DNA of 64,000 nt from an uncultured Clostridia bacterium (GCA_944350085.1 CALVNY010000013.1:2812-66811); one strand, 5' to 3'; shown: positions 37,620-47,543, counted from the stretch's first letter. Numbers and translations: made by a program. The notes: generated by a model from the sequence alone, not told the origin.

Positions 37620-39977
37620 ATGAAAGACACAAAATTATTATCAAACGAATATTTAAACACACTAGACAAATATTTTAGGGCAGCAAACTATTTAACTGTT
37701 GCACAACTTTATTTATTAAAAAATCCGTTGTTAAAAACCAAACTAAAAAAAGAAGATATTAAGCAAAAATTGGTTGGACATTGGGGAACATGTGCAGGGC
37801 AAAATTTTGTTTATGCTCATTGCGATAGAGTTATAACAAAATACAATCTAGATATGATTTTAATTTCAGGCCCTGGGCATGGTGGCAACTTTTTTGTTGC
37901 AAACTCTTATTTGGAAGGAACTTATAGTGAATATTACCCTAATGTTTCGCAAGATGAAAAGGGGCTAACAAGACTTTGCAAACAATTTTCGTTTGCTGGT
38001 GGAATACCTAGCCACGTTGCACCTGAAACTCCAGGTTCAATAAACGAAGGTGGCGAACTTGGTTATTCTTTGGCTCATGGGTTTGGGGCAGTTTTTGACA
38101 ATCCTAATTTAATAGCCACAGTTATTGTGGGCGATGGTGAATCTGAAACAGGTCCGCTTGCAACATCTTGGCATTCCAACAAATTTATAAATCCCAAAAC
38201 AGATGGTGCAGTTTTGCCAATTTTGCATTTAAATGGATATAAAATTAACAATCCAACAATTTTGTCTAGAATTCCTAAAAAAGAATTAGAAAGTTTGTTT
38301 ATAGGGTATGGCTATCAACCATATTTTATTGAAGGTGATGACCCAAAAGTTATGCATAAATTGATGGCAAAAACAATGGACAAATGCATTGAACAAATTA
38401 AACAAATTCAACACAATGCTAGAAACAACATAAATTCTAAACATATTCCATGGCCAATGATTGTTCTTAGAACTCCAAAAGGCTGGACTGGACCAAAGTT
38501 TGTAGATGGCAAAATGATTGAAAATAGTTTTAGGGCACACCAAATTCCAATTAGTATGGAAAAGGAAGAACATATCAAAATTTTGGAAGATTGGCTTCTT
38601 AGTTACAAACCAGAAGAATTGTTTGATGACAACTACAAATTAAAACCAGAAATTGCAAGTATTTTGCCAAAGGGAAATAAAAGAATAAGTGCAACACCTT
38701 ATGCAAATGGTGGGCTATTGCTTAAAGAATTAAAAACGCCTGATTTAAAAAGTTGTGCATTAGATGTAAAAACTCCGGGTTTAATTAGAGCACAAGATAT
38801 GCTTGAACTTGGTGGTTATATTAAACAACTATTTGAACTAAATAAAGAAAATGGCAATTATAGAATATTTAGCCCAGATGAGGCGATGAGCAATAGATTG
38901 TACAAAGTTTTTGATGTTGAAAATAGAGATTTTAACACTAAAATACTAGATACTGACGAAAAGTTGGCACTTAATGGCAGAATTATGGATTCATACCTTT
39001 CGGAACACATGTGTGAAGGTTGGCTTGAAGGATATTTGCTAACAGGCAGACATGGTATGTTTAATAGTTATGAGGCATTTTTAAGAGTGGTTGATAGCAT
39101 GGTTGCTCAGCACACAAAATGGTTAAAAGTTACAAGAAGTTTAAAATGGAGAAAGCCTATTTCATCATTAAACTTAATTTTAACAAGCAATGTTTGGCAA
39201 CAAGACCACAATGGCTACACCCATCAAGACCCTGGCTTTATTGACCACATGATTAATAAAGCAAAAGATGTTGTTAACATTTATTTGCCTTTTGATGCAA
39301 ACACACTTATGGTTACTTTTGATGATTGCACAAAAAGTAAAAACAAAGTAAATGTTATTACTGCATCAAAACACCCATCATTTCAATGGTTAAATTTAAA
39401 ACAAGCACAAAAGCATTTTAAAGCAGGAGTTGGAGTTTTAGATTTTGCTTGTTTAAATGATAGTAAAAATCCAGACATTGTTTTGGCTTGTGCTGGCGAC
39501 ACTCCAACAATGGAAGCAATAGCAACTGTAACTTTAATTAAAAAATATTTGCCAAAATTAAATGTTAGATTTGTTAATGTTTTAAATCTTATGAAATTGT
39601 TGCAACCAAAAGATTATAGCGAAGGTTTAACCGATGAAGAATTTAATAAAATATTTACGGTTGACAAACCTATTGTGTTTAACTTCCACGGATATCCAAG
39701 AGTTATTAAAGAATTGCTTTACGACAGACAAAACAAAAATCTTTATGTTGCTGGATATGAAGAAGAAGGAACAATAACAACATCATTTGATATGAGAGTT
39801 AAAAACAAAATAGATAGATTTAATTTGTTAAAGCAAATTGCAAGTGTTGTTAAAATTCCAACCCCAACAAAAAATAAGATAATAAAAGATATGGACGCTA
39901 AACTTAAAGAGCATAAGGAATATATTTGTGAATATGGAATAGATATGCCTGAAATTTTAAATTGGAAATTTGAATAA
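37620..39977 (+). CDS. xfp: xylulose-5-phosphate/fructose-6-phosphate phosphoketolase
   Basis: GHWGT, EGGELGY, and GDGESETG thiamine-diphosphate motifs. 785 aa. Confidence 0.92.
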   Translation: MKDTKLLSNEYLNTLDKYFRAANYLTVAQLYLLKNPLLKTKLKKEDIKQKLVGHWGTCAGQNFVYAHCDRVITKYNLDMILISGPGHGGNFFVANSYLEGTYSEYYPNVSQDEKGLTRLCKQFSFAGGIPSHVAPETPGSINEGGELGYSLAHGFGAVFDNPNLIATVIVGDGESETGPLATSWHSNKFINPKTDGAVLPILHLNGYKINNPTILSRIPKKELESLFIGYGYQPYFIEGDDPKVMHKLMAKTMDKCIEQIKQIQHNARNNINSKHIPWPMIVLRTPKGWTGPKFVDGKMIENSFRAHQIPISMEKEEHIKILEDWLLSYKPEELFDDNYKLKPEIASILPKGNKRISATPYANGGLLLKELKTPDLKSCALDVKTPGLIRAQDMLELGGYIKQLFELNKENGNYRIFSPDEAMSNRLYKVFDVENRDFNTKILDTDEKLALNGRIMDSYLSEHMCEGWLEGYLLTGRHGMFNSYEAFLRVVDSMVAQHTKWLKVTRSLKWRKPISSLNLILTSNVWQQDHNGYTHQDPGFIDHMINKAKDVVNIYLPFDANTLMVTFDDCTKSKNKVNVITASKHPSFQWLNLKQAQKHFKAGVGVLDFACLNDSKNPDIVLACAGDTPTMEAIATVTLIKKYLPKLNVRFVNVLNLMKLLQPKDYSEGLTDEEFNKIFTVDKPIVFNFHGYPRVIKELLYDRQNKNLYVAGYEEEGTITTSFDMRVKNKIDRFNLLKQIASVVKIPTPTKNKIIKDMDAKLKEHKEYICEYGIDMPEILNWKFE

Positions 39978-40084
39978 GGCGTAGTATTGATTTAAGTTTG
40001 TAAAATATGTGAAAAAAATTAGTTGATTAAACAAAAAAATAACAATAATGTTAAAAAAAAATAAAAAGTGATTGTACAATAAAA

Positions 40085-40116
40085 ATCCACAAATTAAAAT
40101 TTGTGGATTTTTTATT
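40085..40116 (+). terminator. rho-independent terminator
   Basis: ATCCACAAATT / AATTTGTGGAT hairpin followed by a T-run. Confidence 0.8.
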
Positions 40117-40138
40117 TTATTTAATTTTTATATTGTAA

Positions 40139-40167
40139 TTGACAAATAAAATTAAGTGTAATATACT
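40139..40167 (+). promoter_or_regulatory. sigma-A type promoter upstream of tRNA-Arg
   Basis: TTGACA (40139-44), a 17-nt spacer, then TATACT (40162-67). Confidence 0.55.
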
Positions 40168-40253
40168 AATAACGCAATAAAAAAGACAAATAAAAAATAA
40201 ATCATAAAATAATATTTGGTTTATTATAAAGATTGCAAAACGAACAACAAAAT

Positions 40254-40330
40254 GCACCCATAGCTCAATTGGATAGAGCGTTGGTCTACGGAACCAAAGG
40301 CTAGGGGTTCGACTCCCTTTGGGTGCACCA
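40254..40330 (+). tRNA. tRNA-Arg (anticodon ACG)
   Basis: GCACCCA acceptor, D-arm GCTC-AATTGGATA-GAGC, anticodon arm TTGGT-CTACGGA-ACCAA, T-arm AGGGG-TTCGACT-CCCTT, encoded CCA. Confidence 0.9.
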
Positions 40331-40379
40331 AATAATAAGTAAAAAAAAGAAGTGCTAAAAACATTTCTTTTTTTTATTT
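40310..40379 (+). repeat. direct repeat copy 1 (tRNA-Arg 3' end plus its terminator)
   Basis: CGACTCCCTTTGGGTGCACCAAATAATAAGTAAAAAAAAGAAGTGCTAAAAACATTTCTTTTTTTTATTT. Contains the GAAGTG/CATTTC hairpin and a T-run. Confidence 0.9.
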
Positions 40380-40484
40380 AAAAATGGAGTCGAACGGGCA
40401 AGAGCGTGCCCAGTGGGCAGATGAAGCGAATTGCCCCGGCGTGATAGTGGCAATGACGGGGCGAACATGACGGGCGAAACGGAG
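40380..40484. other. GC-rich, highly self-complementary insert (candidate structured RNA or integrative-element scar)
   Basis: 62 G+C of 99 nt (40386-40484, hand count) against an AT-rich background. Multiple nested hairpins and a 14-nt tandem repeat (details in findings). Confidence 0.5.
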
Positions 40485-40552
40485 CGACTCCCTTTGGGTG
40501 CACCAAATAATAAGTAAAAAAAGAAGTGCAAAAAACATTTCTTTTTTTATTT
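40485..40552 (+). repeat. direct repeat copy 2 (tRNA 3' end fragment plus terminator)
   Basis: Identical to copy 1 except A8>A7, one T>A in the hairpin loop, and T8>T7. Confidence 0.9.
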
Positions 40553-40765
40553 TAATTTTTTTATTGTTATTTCTATTTTCATTGAAATTTAAATAATTAT
40601 GCAATAACTAATAACAACAACCAAATAGGGGTAATATAATTATATTAATGTAGTTGAAAATTTTAAAATTTAAAAAATATAAAAATTCCATATCCAAATT
40701 AATTCATTTTTATATTATTTAGTTGTGTGTTATAATTTAATGTAAAATGATTAAGAGGTTACAAA

Positions 40766-41668
40766 ATGAAATTAAAAATTTTAGAAAATGATGAAGAATT
40801 AAAAGATAATTGGAACAACAAAATAATAGTAATATCAAAATCGCAATTAAATAATGTTTTTGACAGCAAACAAAATAAAGAGATTATTGATAATTTAAGG
40901 TATATAACATCAAATAAGATTGAAACTTATGAAGACAAGTATTTGGCAACTTTTAACTTTATTTTTTCAGAACAGGCAGAAAATGGTTCAAAAGTTGAAA
41001 AAATTGGGTTGTATTCTGATTTTAAAAATTTTTCTATTTATGTTACAAACAACAAAAATTTGCTTTTAACAAGAATTGAAAATTTGTTGGCATCAGGACT
41101 AGACCATGCTGGAGTTTTTATAAACCTAATAGAAGAACTAACAGAAAATGATTACATTAAACTTGAAAATTTTGAAAATGATTTAAATGATTTTGCTGAT
41201 AGATTGATTAAAGAAAAAGATTTGGAAAGTTGCACCAAAAAAATTTCTTCTTATAGAAGGCTTTTAATAAGATACAAACACCATTATGAACAATTAAATA
41301 ACATAATAGATTTTTTCTCAACGCATTTAGATTTGTTTAGTTTAAAAGAAGACCAAAAACAATTTTTAGTTTTAAGCAAAAGAATTCCAAAATTATATAA
41401 CGAAATTTTATATTTGCGTGATGTGTTATCGCAACTTAGAGAAAGTTACCAATCACAAGTTGAAATTAAACAAAATAATTTGATGAAAACATTTACTTTA
41501 ATTACAGCAATTTTTATGCCGTTGCAGTTGATTGTTGGTTGGTATGGGATGAATTTAATTATGCCAGAATTTAAGTATGCCGTGGCATATCCTATTGTAA
41601 TTGCCGTTTGTGTAATATTTATTGTTGTTGCAATAGTTGTGTTTTATAAGAAAAAGTGGTTTAAGTAA
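40766..41668 (+). CDS. corA: CorA-family Mg2+/Co2+ transporter
   Basis: C-terminal two TM helices with the YGMNL (GMN) signature. AGAGG RBS. Confidence 0.8.
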   Translation: MKLKILENDEELKDNWNNKIIVISKSQLNNVFDSKQNKEIIDNLRYITSNKIETYEDKYLATFNFIFSEQAENGSKVEKIGLYSDFKNFSIYVTNNKNLLLTRIENLLASGLDHAGVFINLIEELTENDYIKLENFENDLNDFADRLIKEKDLESCTKKISSYRRLLIRYKHHYEQLNNIIDFFSTHLDLFSLKEDQKQFLVLSKRIPKLYNEILYLRDVLSQLRESYQSQVEIKQNNLMKTFTLITAIFMPLQLIVGWYGMNLIMPEFKYAVAYPIVIAVCVIFIVVAIVVFYKKKWFK

Positions 41669-41712
41669 AAGAGTTATTTATATTAAATAAATTTATTTAG
41701 GGGTGTTAAGTT

Positions 41713-42909
41713 ATGAAAACAATAATTTTTGAAGGCAAAATCTTAAAAATTGGAACTATCCAATTGCTAAGTAAAATTTCAAAAAAATTTTATCATAGCA
41801 AGGTTTCACCAATTAAATATTTAAAAATTAAAGATGACAAATTACCAAATGAAAATTATATAAAGGTTAAAAATATAGAATCGGGAATATGTGGTTCGGA
41901 TATGACATTTTACACTTGCAAACAAGGTCCTAGCACAGCATTTTTACCAATGCCAGCATCAAAAATTACTTATTTAGGGCATGAAACTGTTGGTGTTGTT
42001 GAAGAAATAGGCTCAAATGTTAAAAATTTTAAAGTAGGCGATAGAGTTACAATGAATAAGTATATGGCTTGTTGTGATTTAAAAGGCATTGAGCCATGTA
42101 AAGAGTGTAAAGAAGGCAATTATGCAGATTGTAGAAATTATGGTGAAGAAGGCACAGTAAAACAAATTGTAGGTGCTGGATTTGGTGATTACTACTATGC
42201 TCCAAGCGGACAGTTGTTAAAAGTTCCTGCTAAACTAACTAACGACCAAGCGGTTTTAATTGAACCTTTTGCTGTTAGTTTGCATGCAGTTTTAAAAAGA
42301 GTGCCAAAAGACAATGAAAAGGTTTTGGTTGTTGGTGCAGGAATGATAGGGCTTGGCGTTATCCAGTTTTTAAAAGTGTTAAACCCAAATTGCAAAGTTT
42401 ATGTTATGGAAAAAAATCCAAACAAATTTGAATTTGCAAAAAAACTTGGTGCTGATGAAATTTTGCAAGGCGAAAATTATGAAGCCGTAGCAAAAGCAAC
42501 AAATGGAAAATTATATAAAAAAGGCAACAACACAATGATTATGGGTGGATTTGATGTAATTTATGACACTGTTGGAAAAGGAACTTTGTTTAACGACACT
42601 TTGCGTTGGTTAAGAGCACAAGGAACATTAGTTAAAGTTGGATACCAAATGACCAAAACAAAGTTTGATGAAACTCCTATTTGGTGGCAAGGACTAAATG
42701 TTGTTGGAGTTGATAGTCATGGTATGGAAAATTATCAAGGCAAAAAGATTAGTACATTTCAAATGGTTATTGATTTAATGGAAGAAGGGAAGTTGATAAC
42801 CGACGGATTTATTACACATAGATTTAAGTTGGATGACTATAAAAAAGCATTTAAGTTGTTAATTGAAAATCCAAAAGATGTAATTAAGGTGGTTCTTGAT
42901 TGTGAATAA
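41713..42909 (+). CDS. zinc-dependent medium-chain dehydrogenase/reductase (alcohol/polyol dehydrogenase family)
   Basis: GICGSDM, LGHETVGVVEEIG, a structural-zinc Cys cluster (CCDLKGIEPCKECKEGNYADC), and the Rossmann motif VVGAGMIGLG. Confidence 0.8.
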   Translation: MKTIIFEGKILKIGTIQLLSKISKKFYHSKVSPIKYLKIKDDKLPNENYIKVKNIESGICGSDMTFYTCKQGPSTAFLPMPASKITYLGHETVGVVEEIGSNVKNFKVGDRVTMNKYMACCDLKGIEPCKECKEGNYADCRNYGEEGTVKQIVGAGFGDYYYAPSGQLLKVPAKLTNDQAVLIEPFAVSLHAVLKRVPKDNEKVLVVGAGMIGLGVIQFLKVLNPNCKVYVMEKNPNKFEFAKKLGADEILQGENYEAVAKATNGKLYKKGNNTMIMGGFDVIYDTVGKGTLFNDTLRWLRAQGTLVKVGYQMTKTKFDETPIWWQGLNVVGVDSHGMENYQGKKISTFQMVIDLMEEGKLITDGFITHRFKLDDYKKAFKLLIENPKDVIKVVLDCE

Positions 42910-42938
42910 AAAATATCGCAAAATGCGATATTTTTTTA
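42910..42938. terminator. bidirectional terminator
   Basis: TATCGCA / TGCGATA hairpin between an A-run and T7. Confidence 0.75.
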
Positions 42939-42939
42939 A

Positions 42940-43713
42940 TTAAATATTTTTCTTTTGAAATATGTTATATGTTTTGTAATCTTTATCTTTTAAATAAAAT
43001 AATTTTTGGATATTATAAATGCCATATAAAATCACACCAAATATTGCAGATAAAGATAGTGTGTAAATCCAATTAATTGTAAACCAACCATATTTTGCTC
43101 TATCTCCAATATATAAAAACTCAAAAGGAACACCCCTTGAATCATAAATATAGAAATAATTGATATTGTAACCCAAAACATCATTAAAATACGAATTTAA
43201 AATAATTGATGGAATTAAAAGTAATATTATGACAAGTATTCCCCACAAAAAAGATTTAAAATCGATTCTTACAATTTTTAAGCAAACAGAATACAATGCA
43301 CCAATTACAATAAATAAGTGTCCCCAAATGTATGCTTGTGCTCTAATGCAAAAAATTGTTTGGTATCCTTCTAGTGCATCTGCAACAATTAATGAAGAAA
43401 AAGCGGCAAGCAAATTTAGGCTCCATAAAATTGAAGTTGCAATTTTGCTTCTAAACACAAGGCTAATAAACACCATAATATTTCCAAAATGACAAACTTG
43501 CAAAGGAATAATTTCTGGGTCAAATCCATGGCTTAAATAAATATCCACATTTCTAATAATTAATATTGCAAGGGATATTACCCCAATAACCACGCCAACT
43601 ATGTAACGAGTTTTATAGGACTTATTCTTAAGAGAAAAATATAAAATTGGCATTATAATAAATGGTGACAAAATAAAAAGTATATGCCAAATGGACCACA
43701 TTTCAAATTTCAA
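42940..43713 (-). CDS. polytopic integral membrane protein (YwaF/TIGR02206-like)
   Basis: About 7 TM segments. TTG start with AAGGAG 8 nt upstream. The family call is from overall resemblance only. Confidence 0.5.
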   Translation of the reverse strand: MKFEMWSIWHILFILSPFIIMPILYFSLKNKSYKTRYIVGVVIGVISLAILIIRNVDIYLSHGFDPEIIPLQVCHFGNIMVFISLVFRSKIATSILWSLNLLAAFSSLIVADALEGYQTIFCIRAQAYIWGHLFIVIGALYSVCLKIVRIDFKSFLWGILVIILLLIPSIILNSYFNDVLGYNINYFYIYDSRGVPFEFLYIGDRAKYGWFTINWIYTLSLSAIFGVILYGIYNIQKLFYLKDKDYKTYNIFQKKNI

Positions 43714-43979
43714 GTTTAATTCTCCTTATGTATTACAATTAAAAACATTATACATTATTTAAAAAATTAACACAATTATTGAAAACAAATTAAAAAATCA
43801 TTTTGAAATTTTGGTTAATATAAAAAGCAAATAAAAAATTTTACTATTATTCTGTTCCTATTTTAAAAGTTTTTTAAGTAAAGATGATAAATAAAAAAAC
43901 CACTGTTTAGTGGTTTTTTAATTAATAAAATCTATAAGGATATTATAATATTAAGAAAGTTTTAAATTTTTAGTTTAAA

Positions 43980-44705
43980 TTATTGTTGTTCAAAAACAAC
44001 TCTTACACTTGCACAAATTTTAACTTCACCAGCACTTATGTTTGTAATATTGCTTGCGTCTTTTGCCAATGAATATGAATCAAAATAGCAATCATTATAA
44101 TAAGAATATTCTTCAATAATTTCTGTTGCAACTAAATTTTTAGCATTATTTGTAAGAGCCTCTGCTTTTGATTTTGCATTATTGATTGCTAGTGCTAAAA
44201 CTTCGTTGTATTTTGAGTTTGTGTCTTCGATGCAAAATCTAATTCCGTTAACTGAATTAACACCATTTTCTGTTAATGTTGATAAAAGAGAACTTAAGTT
44301 GTCTATATCTTTTGTTTTAAATTCAATATAGTTTGAAACTTGATTTCCCATAAATCTATCGCCAAAATGTGTGTCATATTTTTCAAATATTCTATAACTT
44401 GTTGTTTTAATATCTTCTTCTAATATATTGTTGTTTTTTAATACTTCAATTACATTATTCATAATGGTTGCATTTTCTTGTTGAGCAACTGTTACAGAAG
44501 AATTTAATGTTTCAATTCCAATTGTAACATAAGCAGTATCAGGATTGTATGTTTGTTCTCCTTTTCCAACAACAGTTATTTTGTTTGTTGTGTCAACTGC
44601 GTTGGCATAGACATAGTTATTTGCGTTAGCACTAATTAAAAATATTATTGCAACTAGCATTAATAGTGACACGCCCACAATAAAATATTTTTTTGTTTTG
44701 TTCAT
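43980..44705 (-). CDS. SIMPL/DUF541 domain secreted protein
   Basis: Signal/TM N-terminus. ITVVGKGEQTYNPDTAYVTIGIET and the C-terminal VRVVFE pattern. Confidence 0.65.
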   Translation of the reverse strand: MNKTKKYFIVGVSLLMLVAIIFLISANANNYVYANAVDTTNKITVVGKGEQTYNPDTAYVTIGIETLNSSVTVAQQENATIMNNVIEVLKNNNILEEDIKTTSYRIFEKYDTHFGDRFMGNQVSNYIEFKTKDIDNLSSLLSTLTENGVNSVNGIRFCIEDTNSKYNEVLALAINNAKSKAEALTNNAKNLVATEIIEEYSYYNDCYFDSYSLAKDASNITNISAGEVKICASVRVVFEQQ

Positions 44706-44831
44706 AAATTTCTACTCCTTTAAATGTTTTACAATTTTACATTATGTAAAAAATTGGAAATTATTATGAAAAAATTAAAAATATTTTTTAATATAATCAA
44801 AAAAACATCTCAAAATATGAGATGCTTTTTT

Positions 44832-45671
44832 TTATAAACTTACAATTAAACCTTTTTCTAGTGCATAAAAGGAACATAATCCTTTTGTTTCTTTTATTCT
44901 TATTTCTTTAAAATCACAATTTTCTTTAATCAATTTAACTAGTTGTTCGCACTCGTTGTCGGCTTTACATTTATTAATAATTAAAACTTTGTCTTTAAAA
45001 GTTTGTACGGCTTTTGAAATAAAGGTTGCCATTTTCTTAAATGCATTATTTACGCCAATTACTTTTTCAATTACTTTAATTTCGCCCTCAACACCTTTGC
45101 AAACAGGCCTAATTATTAAAGTTTTGGCAATCAATGCAACAATTTTGCTCATTCTGCCGTTTGCAATTAAATTATCAAACTTTGCAAGCGTAAAAAATAA
45201 TTGTCTTTCATCTCTAAATTTGTCAATTTCAGTAACAATGTCATTAAATTCTAAACCACTTTCAATTAATTCAACAAGTTTGTCAACAATCAATTCTTCT
45301 GCTCCCGAAACAAGTTTGCTGTCAATTACATGAATCTTAAAGTTGCTATCATTTTCAAATTCCTTTGCCCCTAAGCATGCAGCATTATAAGTTCCACTCA
45401 GTTTTGAGGAAATTGTAACAACAAAAGTGTTTTCGGCGTCAGTATAATATTTTGAAAATGCTTCTGGTGAAGGGCACGCTGTTGAAGTTTTGCCTTTGTA
45501 TTTATGTAGAGATTCAAGCATTTCATCAACATTAATGTTGTCATCATCAACATAATTTTTATCCCCAATGGTAATAGTTAGGGGAACAATCCTAAAACCT
45601 ATTTCTTTATTTTTTACATATTTAGAATCTAAATCGCTAGCACTGTCTACTATAATTTGAAATTTTTTCAT
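44832..45671 (-). CDS. DegV-family fatty-acid-binding protein
   Basis: IVDSASDL N-terminus, TSTACPSP motif, about 280 aa. Confidence 0.8.
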   Translation of the reverse strand: MKKFQIIVDSASDLDSKYVKNKEIGFRIVPLTITIGDKNYVDDDNINVDEMLESLHKYKGKTSTACPSPEAFSKYYTDAENTFVVTISSKLSGTYNAACLGAKEFENDSNFKIHVIDSKLVSGAEELIVDKLVELIESGLEFNDIVTEIDKFRDERQLFFTLAKFDNLIANGRMSKIVALIAKTLIIRPVCKGVEGEIKVIEKVIGVNNAFKKMATFISKAVQTFKDKVLIINKCKADNECEQLVKLIKENCDFKEIRIKETKGLCSFYALEKGLIVSL

Positions 45672-45674
45672 ATT

Positions 45675-46301
45675 TTACTCCATTATTTTATTTAAAACTG
45701 CTTGCATACCTTTTTGTTGGTAAAGGTCTAGCAAACTTAACTTATCTATTTTTTCCATTGTTGTGGTTAGTTCATTTTCTAAAATTTTTACATATAGTTC
45801 TATATTACTTAAAAGCACAGAATATGACAGCCACGAATAACCTTCAAATATGTCTTTATTGCAATATTTTTTTAATAATTGCTTTTTGCTATCTATTAAT
45901 TTATTTACTAAAGTGTTAAATTTATTTTTTAAATTTTCATTAGAAGTTAAATTGTTTTTTAGAATTATTAAAAGTTTATAATTTTCAATTAGGAAAGGAT
46001 AAAAAGTGTTTTTAAGCCAATCTTCTTCAAAATTTGGAACTTCTAAATTTAACTCTTTTTTTAATATTATATTAGACCTAATTTTAATAAATTCATAAAA
46101 ACTATCAAGCAAATCATCATTTAATATTGTGTTGAAAATTTCTTCTTTATTTTTAAAATAGTTATAAATGTTTCCAACAGAAATGTTTAATTTTTCAGAA
46201 ATCAATTTAATTGAAGTGTTATTATAACCATATAAATAAAAAAGGTTAATGCTTGTGTTTATTATATCCTGTTTTATTTTATCTTTTTTTACTTGTGCCA
46301 T
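45675..46301 (-). CDS. TetR/AcrR-family transcriptional regulator
   Basis: N-terminal HTH: FYLYGYNNTSIKLISEKLNISVGNIYNYFKNKEEIF. Confidence 0.8.
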   Translation of the reverse strand: MAQVKKDKIKQDIINTSINLFYLYGYNNTSIKLISEKLNISVGNIYNYFKNKEEIFNTILNDDLLDSFYEFIKIRSNIILKKELNLEVPNFEEDWLKNTFYPFLIENYKLLIILKNNLTSNENLKNKFNTLVNKLIDSKKQLLKKYCNKDIFEGYSWLSYSVLLSNIELYVKILENELTTTMEKIDKLSLLDLYQQKGMQAVLNKIME

Positions 46302-46429
46302 ATATATAAAACCAAAAATGAATTTGTATTCATTATTGTAGCATTTATTATATATATTGGCAATTAAAATAATATCTAAAGATGATTGTTTTTGTTTAAT
46401 AATGTAAAAAAAGATTAAAGTTTGTTGCT

Positions 46430-47062
46430 TTAATCTTCATCATCTTCAAACTCGCCAATTCCAAATTCTTTTTGAATTTTTCGGCTATATTTTCTTATAT
46501 GGACTTTTGCATTTAAAAGCCGATAATCTCTAATCTGTTTTCGTTTTAACTCGGCACGGTCTTCCAAAATAATTTCAATTCCGTCCCACAAAAACAACCA
46601 GCCCATAACGGCAAGAATTGTGTCAATATATAAATCCCAAAGAACACTATAAAACAATGCTTCAATAAAAGAAATTACAAGACCTAAAATGAAATAACTA
46701 ATTCCTAATATGGTTTTTCGTTTTAACTTTTTGTTAATCAAAACAACATCTTCTGCGTAATATCTTTTGATTGAAGATTTTATCCTTTTTTTCATATCAT
46801 GGGTGGTTGGTGTTTCAGTGTGGATATCAATGCTAATTTCTTCATTTAGTGGAATGCTTGATTCACACATATTTATGTAATCAACAACATTTTGGTCAAG
46901 AAGTTCATAAGTTTTATATGAAAACGGCGAAAAGAAATCGTCGGCATCTTTTAAGCCAACATTAATTTGAACCGAACCATCTTTGTTATAATCAAGTTCT
47001 GTGGCTTCTTTTATGGCGTTGCTTTTTTTAAGTTTTTTTAAAAGTTTGCGTCTGCTATTCAT
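46430..47062 (-). CDS. hypothetical membrane protein (2 TM)
   Basis: AAGGAG RBS before the ATG at 47062 (MNSRRKLLKK...). TM pair ILGISYFILGLVISFIEALFY / ILAVMGWLFLWDGIEIIL. Confidence 0.5.
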   Translation of the reverse strand: MNSRRKLLKKLKKSNAIKEATELDYNKDGSVQINVGLKDADDFFSPFSYKTYELLDQNVVDYINMCESSIPLNEEISIDIHTETPTTHDMKKRIKSSIKRYYAEDVVLINKKLKRKTILGISYFILGLVISFIEALFYSVLWDLYIDTILAVMGWLFLWDGIEIILEDRAELKRKQIRDYRLLNAKVHIRKYSRKIQKEFGIGEFEDDED

Positions 47063-47247
47063 TAATTCTCCTTTGTACCCATATATTATAGCATTAATTG
47101 AAGATGCAGTCAAATTGTAAAAATTTAACTAATTTATTTTTTAGATTTACTTTCTAAAATTAATTAAATATTTCAATTCAAATAAAAAAGCATTTATAAA
47201 ATGTTGGTTTAAAAGTTATAAAAAATCAAAGGAGTGACCTTTGATTT

Positions 47248-47484
47248 TTAAATGTCAATATCTTCAATTTTAAACAATTTACTATCAAAAAAATGTGACA
47301 ATGTTATGTCAAACCCCATACAAAGCAAAACAATGGTTTTTAAGCTTACATTATTACATTTGTTTTGCATAATAGTATTGATTGTGCTTCTTGGAATATT
47401 TGATTTAATTCTAACTTGATACATTGTTAAGTGAGTTTCGCATAATAATTCGTTAATTCTTTTTCTAACTAAATCACACAACAT
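47248..47484 (-). CDS. XRE-family helix-turn-helix regulator (78 aa)
   Basis: HTH: LTMYQVRIKSNIPRSTINTIMQNK. AGGAG RBS 8 nt before the ATG at 47484. The ORF-track start at 47511 lacks an RBS. Confidence 0.7.
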   Translation of the reverse strand: MLCDLVRKRINELLCETHLTMYQVRIKSNIPRSTINTIMQNKCNNVSLKTIVLLCMGFDITLSHFFDSKLFKIEDIDI

Positions 47485-47497
47485 ACTTAATCTCCTT

Positions 47498-47513
47498 GTA
47501 CGATATATCATAC
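47498..47513. promoter_or_regulatory. operator-like palindrome 1
   Basis: GTACGA-TATA-TCATAC (one mismatch from perfect dyad symmetry). Confidence 0.5.
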
Positions 47514-47543
47514 AAATTATATGTGATTATTATTAAAATATGT

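Noticed and set aside
40384-40470. 28-codon + strand ORF (MESNGQERAQWADEANCPGVIVAMTGRT) inside the GC-rich insert
   Set aside because: No Shine-Dalgarno sequence precedes it (TTATTTAAAA before the ATG), although nearly all genes here have a strong one. The dense nested complementarity fits RNA or DNA structure better than coding.
40374-40604. 76-aa minus-strand ORF spanning the GC-rich insert
   Set aside because: It runs through both terminator repeat copies and the tRNA-derived repeat, and has no RBS. The open frame is a by-product of the GC-rich insert lacking AT-rich stop codons.
40553-40765. Possibility that the GC-rich element is a riboswitch (for example an Mg2+ M-box) controlling corA
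   Set aside because: I saw no resemblance to the M-box core. A full terminator copy and then an independent extended -10 (TGTTATAAT, about 40727-40735) lie between the element and corA, so corA appears to have its own promoter.
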